Below, piece by piece: positions 46,031-54,262 of a stretch of 54,262 nt of DNA. This stretch comes from an uncultured Bacilli bacterium (GTDB taxonomy: Bacteria > Bacillota_I > Bacilli_A > RF39 > UBA660). Each line of letters starts with the position of its first letter. The stretch's first letter is position 1. The stretch is taken from contig CALVXR010000094.1 in NCBI GenBank assembly GCA_944371445.1, forward strand, positions 1-54,262. Reading direction: 5' to 3'. The position numbers were made by a program, and so were the translations under genes. Below the pieces are notes generated by a model. It searched no databases and was not told where the DNA came from. It saw nothing but the letters and a program-made list of their open reading frames with translations.

Positions 46031-47392
46031 GTGGATTATTTGGATATCAATAGTATTTGGTCAAATTTTCTAAGTAAAATAAAGGAAAATACCAATTCAA
46101 TGATTTATGAAACTTGGTTCATGGATACTAAATTATTAGAGCTTAATGAAACAAAAGCAAAAGTATTAGTACCAATGCATGTGCATAAAAAATTTTTAAA
46201 GGAAAATTATAGTGATTTAATTGAAAATATTTTCACAGAAATAACAGGTTCTAACTTTTCTTTTGAATATTTAACCGAAGAAGAAGTGGAAAAAAACATT
46301 GAAATAGATACTGATGATATAGGTGTTCCATCAATATCTAATTTTGAAACTAATTTAAAACCACAATATCAATTCGAAAATTTTATAGTAGGGCAGAGTA
46401 ATAAATTTGCACGTACAACTGCACTAGCTGTTGCTGATAAACCTGGTCTTATGTATAATCCTTTATTTATATATGGAAGTAGTGGACTTGGAAAAACTCA
46501 TTTAATGCATGCAATCGGTAATTATATTGTTAAAAATTCCAAAAAGAGAGTTTTATATGTAACAAGTGAACAGTTTGTTAATGACTTTATTGATTTATCT
46601 AGAAAGAATAGGGAAGGAGATAATATTGATGAAGTCAGAGAATTTAAAAGAAAATATAGAGATATTGATGTATTAATGATAGACGATATTCAGTACTTGC
46701 AGATAGCAAATAGTGCTCAACAAGAATTTTTCAACACATTTAATGATCTCTATGGAAATAATAAACAAATAATAATTTCTTCAGACAGATCACCTGATGA
46801 TTTAAATAAACTTGAACAAAGACTTCAAACAAGATTTAATTGGGGAATAACTACTGATATATTACCTCCTGACTTTAAACTTAGAATTGATATTATAAAT
46901 AAGAAAATAGAAGGTAATCCAATGGCTAGTTCTTTTCCAGAAGAAGTAAAAGAATATATTGCTAGTAACTGTATAAGTGACATTAGAAAGTTAGAAGGAT
47001 CAATTACAAGAATTATGGCATACGCTACCATAATGAATAGTTCTGAAATAACTATTGATTTAGCTATCGAAGCATTAAGAGACTACTTTGTAAAAAGTGT
47101 TACTTCAAAAAATAAAATAGATCAAGTACAACAACTTATCGCAAGTAATTATAATATTACTGTAGAAGAATTAAAAAGTAAAAGAAGAGTTGCTTCTATT
47201 GCAGTACCAAGACAAATTGCTATGTATATATGTAGAGTAAAACTTGAAGAATCCCTTCCTAAAATAGGAATAGCATTCGGTGGGAAAGATCATACAACAG
47301 TTATGCACTCTGTGGATAAGATAAAAAAAGAAATTTTAAAAGATAAAAATTTAGAAATTCAAATTGAAAAAATAGTTGAACAAATAAAATAA
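46031..47392 (+). CDS. dnaA: Chromosomal replication initiator DnaA
   Basis: 453 aa. Walker A GSSGLGKTHL, DDIQ, and C-terminal domain IV (RQIAMYI..., GGKDHTTVMH). The start is either GTG at 46031 or TTG at 46040, which lies 9 nt after GGGGG. Confidence 0.97.
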   Translation: MDYLDINSIWSNFLSKIKENTNSMIYETWFMDTKLLELNETKAKVLVPMHVHKKFLKENYSDLIENIFTEITGSNFSFEYLTEEEVEKNIEIDTDDIGVPSISNFETNLKPQYQFENFIVGQSNKFARTTALAVADKPGLMYNPLFIYGSSGLGKTHLMHAIGNYIVKNSKKRVLYVTSEQFVNDFIDLSRKNREGDNIDEVREFKRKYRDIDVLMIDDIQYLQIANSAQQEFFNTFNDLYGNNKQIIISSDRSPDDLNKLEQRLQTRFNWGITTDILPPDFKLRIDIINKKIEGNPMASSFPEEVKEYIASNCISDIRKLEGSITRIMAYATIMNSSEITIDLAIEALRDYFVKSVTSKNKIDQVQQLIASNYNITVEELKSKRRVASIAVPRQIAMYICRVKLEESLPKIGIAFGGKDHTTVMHSVDKIKKEILKDKNLEIQIEKIVEQIK

Positions 47393-47540
47393 AGTGGAAA
47401 ACTTTTTATAAATGTGTAAAAATATATAATTATACACAATTTTAAACCTCTTTTTTTCCTTATAAAATAAGGGAAAGTAATACTTTTTCCACATTTTCCA
47501 CATCTATAATAAAAATAATAAAATATATAATATATAAAAA
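47393..47540. promoter_or_regulatory. oriC part 2: DnaA boxes plus an AT-rich candidate unwinding element between dnaA and dnaN
   Basis: Boxes AGTGGAAAA (47393-47401) and TTATACACA (47430-47438), plus two abutting TTTTCCACA boxes (47485-47493, 47494-47502). A ~35-nt near-pure A/T tract follows. Confidence 0.75.
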
Positions 47541-47550
47541 GGAGAAGATT

Positions 47551-48672
47551 ATGAAATTAAAAATTAAACAAAATATACTTATGGAACATTTAAATTATGC
47601 AATAAAAGGAATATCAAATAAAAATTTAATTCCTATATTAAACTGTATTAAATTTGAACTTACGAATGAAGGTTTATATTTAATGAGTACAGATAATGAT
47701 ATTGCTATTAAAACATTTATAGATAAAAAAAATATAGAAAACATAGATACTTTAGGAGATGTAGTAGTTTCTGGTAAATATATATATGATATTATAAGAA
47801 AATTACCTAATACTTTTATTAATATAGAAGAAGTAGATGATTCAAGACTATATATTTATACAGATAATTCATCATTTTATTTAAATTGTAATTTAGTAAG
47901 TGATTTTCCAGCTTTAGATCTTCAAGATCATAAAAATCCAGTTATAATATCTCAAAAATTACTAAAAACAATTTATTCACAAACATCATTCGCAACCTCT
48001 ACACAGGAAACTAGACCAATATTAACAGGAATTAATTTTAAAATATTCAATAATATTATGGAATGTACTGCTACTGATTCATATCGTTTAGCTAAAAAAA
48101 TAGTTAATATAAATCAAACTATGGAAGAAGAAATAAATGTTACAATTCCAACAAAAAATCTTGGTGAACTTGTTAAAATGTGTACAAGTGAAGAAGATAT
48201 GATAGAAATGCATATTTTTAATAATAAAATTATCTTTAAATTTAACAATATTATTATGCTTTCAAGTTTAATTAATGGTACGTATCCAGATACTTCTAAA
48301 TTAATACCAGAAACATTTAATATAAATATAAAAACAAATTTAAATGATTTATTTGCTGCAATCGATAGAGCATCACTACTTACAAATGAAAATGAAAAAA
48401 ATACTATTCATTTCGAAAGTAGGGGAGATGAGGCAATTATTTCATCTAATATACCAGAAATTGGTAATGTAGAAGAAAAAATATATGTTAATAAAGAAGA
48501 AAATGATGATATAAGAATTTCATTTAGTTCAAAATATATGATGGACGCTATTAAAACATTAGATTCAACTGATGTTACACTTCATTTTAATAGTGAAATT
48601 ACACCAATTATTATAAAAAGTCCAGAAAATGATAACTTAATTCAATTAATTTTACCAATTAAAACATATTAA
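47551..48672 (+). CDS. dnaN: DNA polymerase III beta sliding clamp
   Basis: 373 aa in the canonical position. Contains RPILTGINF and a three-domain length. RBS AAAGGAG. Confidence 0.96.
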   Translation: MKLKIKQNILMEHLNYAIKGISNKNLIPILNCIKFELTNEGLYLMSTDNDIAIKTFIDKKNIENIDTLGDVVVSGKYIYDIIRKLPNTFINIEEVDDSRLYIYTDNSSFYLNCNLVSDFPALDLQDHKNPVIISQKLLKTIYSQTSFATSTQETRPILTGINFKIFNNIMECTATDSYRLAKKIVNINQTMEEEINVTIPTKNLGELVKMCTSEEDMIEMHIFNNKIIFKFNNIIMLSSLINGTYPDTSKLIPETFNINIKTNLNDLFAAIDRASLLTNENEKNTIHFESRGDEAIISSNIPEIGNVEEKIYVNKEENDDIRISFSSKYMMDAIKTLDSTDVTLHFNSEITPIIIKSPENDNLIQLILPIKTY

Positions 48673-48701
48673 ACTGTTGAAAAATATTAACAGTTTTTTT
48701 T
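48672..48701 (+). terminator. Rho-independent terminator after dnaN
   Basis: AACTGTT (48672-48678) / AACAGTT (48689-48695), followed by a T-run. Confidence 0.65.
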
Positions 48702-48811
48702 ATTTTTATATAAAAACGACAAAATTAAACAAAATTCGACAAAAACTAGGTGTATAAGAGAGGAAATCAAATGACTTATCAAATAAGTTATTTGTAGGGG
48801 GAGGTGAGCAA

Positions 48812-49258
48812 ATGCTTAATAATTACGAAATCAATTATGATACTATTGCAGTTTTACCTATAGATGAGAAAATATCAAAAGTGATTGAAGCAGATAACAC
48901 ATTTATAGTAAATAAAAACGCTACAGAAATAGTAAATCATAGTTGCAAATATTTTGGAAGCTCATTAACAGGTAGAAAAGAAGGAACTAAAGCTCTAATG
49001 GGGATTAGTTACAAAGCACCAATAATTATAGAAGAAACTAAAAGTTTAATCTTTTTTCCGACGAGTTCTCCAAGGTTTAATACATGTTCATGGATTTCTC
49101 TAAATCATATATGTGATTATATGAAATTAAATAAAGGTTCGCAAATTAATTTCAAAAATGGAGAGGTTTTGGAACTAAATATTTCTTATGGTTCTTTAGA
49201 AAATCAAGTTTTAAGAGCAACACGTTTAGAATCTATATTAAGACATAGAAAAATATAA
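48812..49258 (+). CDS. comK: ComK-family protein (short form)
   Basis: 148 aa. Several blocks are collinear with B. subtilis ComK: TIAVLP, SCKYFGSSL.GRKEGT, APIII, IFFPT.S and C.WISL. ISYGSLENQVLRATRL also corresponds to ISYNSFENQVYRTAWL. Strong RBS GGGGGAGGTG. Confidence 0.78.
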   Translation: MLNNYEINYDTIAVLPIDEKISKVIEADNTFIVNKNATEIVNHSCKYFGSSLTGRKEGTKALMGISYKAPIIIEETKSLIFFPTSSPRFNTCSWISLNHICDYMKLNKGSQINFKNGEVLELNISYGSLENQVLRATRLESILRHRKI

Positions 49259-49307
49259 GGAAAATAGGCCAAAAAAAGCTTATTTTCTTTTATTTTACCT
49301 AAATTTA

Positions 49308-49316
49308 TGATATAAT
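49308..49316 (+). promoter_or_regulatory. Extended -10 element (TGATATAAT) upstream of recF
   Basis: TG at 49308-49309 and TATAAT at 49311-49316. No good -35 element. Confidence 0.4.
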
Positions 49317-49394
49317 TATGAGTAGGTATAGGAGTACCTACTTAGCGTGTATTTATAAAATAGCGTTCTTTTTTACGCTATAAAGGGGGCAGGT

Positions 49395-50495
49395 ATGTTT
49401 TTAAAGAATATAAAATTACAAAACTTTCGTAATTATGATTCTATTAATTTAAAACTTGATTCAAAAATTAATATTATATATGGAAAAAATGGTCAAGGAA
49501 AAACAAACTTGCTAGAAGCTATTTATTTTCTAGGAATAACTAAATCTCATAGAGTAAGTGAAGAAAATAGCTTACTAAAAAAAGATAAATTAATAGCTAA
49601 AATAAGTGGAAAACTTTATAAAGGTGATTTTTATCGTAATCTTGAAATTAATATTTCAAAAAATGGTAAAAAAATTATGGTAGATGGCGATAATTTAAAA
49701 AAAATAAGTGATTATTTAAATTATCTTAATGTTATCATTTTTTATCCAGAAGATTTAGATATAATGAAAGGATCCCCTAGTGTAAGAAGAAAGTTTATAA
49801 ATACAGAATTAAGTGAACTTCAAAGTAATTATTATATAGTTTTAAATGAGTATACAAAATTATTAAAAATGCGAAATGAATATTTAAAAAATGATTGTTT
49901 TGATATTAATTATTTTAATATTTTAACTTCTTATTTTATAGATAAAGCTGTTTTACTTTATAAAATGAGACAAAAGTTTATATTAAGAATAAATGAATAT
50001 ATAAGTGATATTTATTTTGATATTATGCATCTTGATAATTTCTATGTTAAATATAAAATAGAAGATTTTGAAGAAGAAGAAATAAGTAAAGATATGCTTT
50101 TAAAATTATATGATGATATAAAAAATGAAGAACGAATAATGAGGAAAACACTTTTTGGACCACATAAGGATGACATGGAGTTTTATTTAAATGGAGAAAA
50201 TATGAAACTTTATGCATCACAGGGACAGCAAAGAGCAGCTATAATTGCATTTAAACTTGCAGAGATAGAATTATATAAAAAATATAGACAAGATACTCCT
50301 ATATTGTTATTAGATGATGTATTTAGTGAATTAGATGAAGATAAAAGAAATAATTTATTAAAATACATAAACAGAGATATTCAAACAATTATAACAACTA
50401 CAGAATTATCTACGATAGATGAGAAGATACTAAAAAAAGCTAAATTAATAGAAATAGATAATGGAAATGTAGTAAAACAAGAAGAGGTGAATTAA
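49395..50495 (+). CDS. recF: DNA replication and repair protein RecF
   Basis: 366 aa. Contains FRNY, Walker A GKNGQGKTN, signature SQGQQR and Walker B LLLDDV. Confidence 0.95.
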   Translation: MFLKNIKLQNFRNYDSINLKLDSKINIIYGKNGQGKTNLLEAIYFLGITKSHRVSEENSLLKKDKLIAKISGKLYKGDFYRNLEINISKNGKKIMVDGDNLKKISDYLNYLNVIIFYPEDLDIMKGSPSVRRKFINTELSELQSNYYIVLNEYTKLLKMRNEYLKNDCFDINYFNILTSYFIDKAVLLYKMRQKFILRINEYISDIYFDIMHLDNFYVKYKIEDFEEEEISKDMLLKLYDDIKNEERIMRKTLFGPHKDDMEFYLNGENMKLYASQGQQRAAIIAFKLAEIELYKKYRQDTPILLLDDVFSELDEDKRNNLLKYINRDIQTIITTTELSTIDEKILKKAKLIEIDNGNVVKQEEVN

Positions 50496-52430
<1,935 letters not shown>

Positions 52431-52442
52431 GAGGGATATTTT

Positions 52443-54262
52443 ATGGATAAGATAATACATAAAAATATTGTTACAGAAATTAGAGATTCATTCTTAGAAT
52501 ATTCCATGAGTGTTATTGTAGCACGTGCACTTCCTGATTTAAGAGATGGTTTAAAACCAGTTCATAGAAGAATTTTATATTCTATGTATGAATCAGGATA
52601 TACTCCAGATAAAGCACATCGTAAAAGTGCCAGAATTGTCGGAGATGTAATGGGAAAATACCATCCACATGGAGATTCATCTATATATGATGCGATGGTA
52701 AGAATGGCGCAAGACTTTAGTTATAGATATATGCTTGTAGATGGCCACGGAAATTTTGGTAATATGGATGGTGATGGCGCAGCTGCAATGCGTTATACAG
52801 AAGCTAGACTTGCCAAAATTTCTATGGAAATGATTAGAGATATTAATAAAAATACTGTTGATTTTGCTCCAAACTTTGATGAAACAGAAAAAGAACCTGT
52901 TGTATTACCTAGTAGATTTCCTAATATTTTAGTCAATGGTACTATGGGTATTGCTGTAGGTATGGCAACTAATATACCACCTCATAACATAAGTGAGGTT
53001 ATAGATGGCTGTGTAGCCTATATCGATAACAGTGATATTACTACTTTAGAATTAATGTCACATATTAAAGGTCCAGATTTTCCTACTGCTGGTGTAATAC
53101 TTGGAAATAGTGGAATAAAAAAGGCTTACGAAACAGGAAAGGGAACAATTGTTCTCCGTGGTCGTACTGAAATAGAAGAAACAAGTAATAAAACTAGAAT
53201 TATTATTACAGAACTTCCTTATCAAGTAAATAAAGCTGAATTTCAAAAGAGAATTGCTGAGCTTGTAAGAGATAAAGTAATAGATGGAATTGCAGATTTA
53301 CATGATGAATCTAACCTGGAAAATGGTGTTAGAATTGTTGTTACATTAAAAAGAGATGCAAATGCTAATGTTGTACTTAATAATTTATATAAACATACAC
53401 AACTACAAACAAGCTATGGTATAAATTTACTAATGTTAGATCAAGGTCAACCACGTATATTACCTCTTAAAGATATAATTAGTAAATATATCGATTATCA
53501 AAAAGAAATAATCATAAGAAGAACTAAATTTGAATTAGATAAAGCAGAAAAAAGAGTTCATATTTTAGAAGGATTTAAAATAGCTTTAGATAATTTGGAT
53601 GAAGTTATTAAAATAATTAGAAATAGTGAAACAGATGTAATAGCAAAAGAAACTTTAATTAGTCGTTTTGGCTTATCTGATGTACAAGCCGATGCTATAT
53701 TAGAAATGAAATTACGTCGTTTAACAGGATTAGAAAGAGAAAAAATAGAGAACGAACTTGCAGAATTATTAAAAGAAATCGAACGTTTACGTGGTATTTT
53801 AGCAAGTGAAGAAAAAGTTTTAGCTATCATTAAAGAAGAACTTATCGATATTAAAAATCGTTATGGTGATGAAAGAAAAACAGAAATAGATATGACAGCA
53901 GTTGACTTTATTGAAGATGAAGCTCTAATTCCTGTTGAAAATATTGTTATTACTTTAACTAACAAAGGTTATATTAAAAGAGTTAATAGTGAAACATATA
54001 AAACACAAAATCGCGGTGGAGTAGGAGTTAAAGGAATGAGTACAAATGAAGAAGACTTTGTTGAACACTTAATTTCAATGACTACTCATGATTATTTGTT
54101 AATATTTACAAATAAAGGTAAGGTTTATAGGGTAAAAGGCTACGAAATTCCTCTTTATAATAGACAATCTAAGGGATTACCAATTGTTAATTTACTTCCA
54201 ATTGAAAAAGATGAGTTTGTAAAATCAATGCTAAAGGTTGAAAATGATGATTCTTCTAAATA
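52443..54262 (+). CDS. gyrA: DNA gyrase subunit A (3' end beyond the window)
   Basis: Not in the ORF track because it runs off the window end. Hand translation from ATG 52443 gives [48 protein letters not shown]... and includes GDSSIYD. RBS AGGAGGGA. Confidence 0.96.
   Translation, partial: MDKIIHKNIVTEIRDSFLEYSMSVIVARALPDLRDGLKPVHRRILYSMYESGYTPDKAHRKSARIVGDVMGKYHPHGDSSIYDAMVRMAQDFSYRYMLVDGHGNFGNMDGDGAAAMRYTEARLAKISMEMIRDINKNTVDFAPNFDETEKEPVVLPSRFPNILVNGTMGIAVGMATNIPPHNISEVIDGCVAYIDNSDITTLELMSHIKGPDFPTAGVILGNSGIKKAYETGKGTIVLRGRTEIEETSNKTRIIITELPYQVNKAEFQKRIAELVRDKVIDGIADLHDESNLENGVRIVVTLKRDANANVVLNNLYKHTQLQTSYGINLLMLDQGQPRILPLKDIISKYIDYQKEIIIRRTKFELDKAEKRVHILEGFKIALDNLDEVIKIIRNSETDVIAKETLISRFGLSDVQADAILEMKLRRLTGLEREKIENELAELLKEIERLRGILASEEKVLAIIKEELIDIKNRYGDERKTEIDMTAVDFIEDEALIPVENIVITLTNKGYIKRVNSETYKTQNRGGVGVKGMSTNEEDFVEHLISMTTHDYLLIFTNKGKVYRVKGYEIPLYNRQSKGLPIVNLLPIEKDEFVKSMLKVENDDSSK

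Overview
This window is the chromosomal replication-origin region of a very AT-rich, endospore-forming Bacillota-type genome (cwlD present; standard genetic code, with TGA used as a stop codon). Gene orientation flips at about 45.5-46.0 kb. To the right, on the + strand, are dnaA, dnaN, a ComK-family gene, recF, gyrB and gyrA (which runs off the window end). To the left almost everything is on the - strand: rpmH-rnpA-yidC-jag-HD-mnmE-ZIP-mnmG-rsmG, a Noc-like ParB, yqeK, uvrB, a holin-like gene, lgt, trxB, yvcK, whiA, rsmA, an AGCS symporter, ung plus a kinase-like ORF, tilS, ftsH, an rRNA methyltransferase and rluA. A bipartite oriC with DnaA-box clusters flanks dnaA. The accessory content lies further left. 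The most interesting part is a 10-gene Tad/type-IV-filament-like operon (9104-19270). It has a CpaF-type ATPase, two TadB/C-like platform proteins, a CpaB-like protein and three prepilin-like small proteins. It also carries three unrecognisable envelope proteins, one of them an 817-aa cysteine-rich secreted protein. No Flp pilin, prepilin peptidase or TadZ is visible. Other notable items:
- a solitary Abi_2 abortive-infection gene
- a TnpV-element remnant abutting a truncated amidase
- a Noc-like protein with a ~450-aa Asn-rich insertion containing 135-bp tandem repeats, plus NBS half-site repeats upstream of it
- a kinase-like ORF translationally coupled to ung
All functional calls rest on motif and architecture recognition by eye. 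No database search was run.
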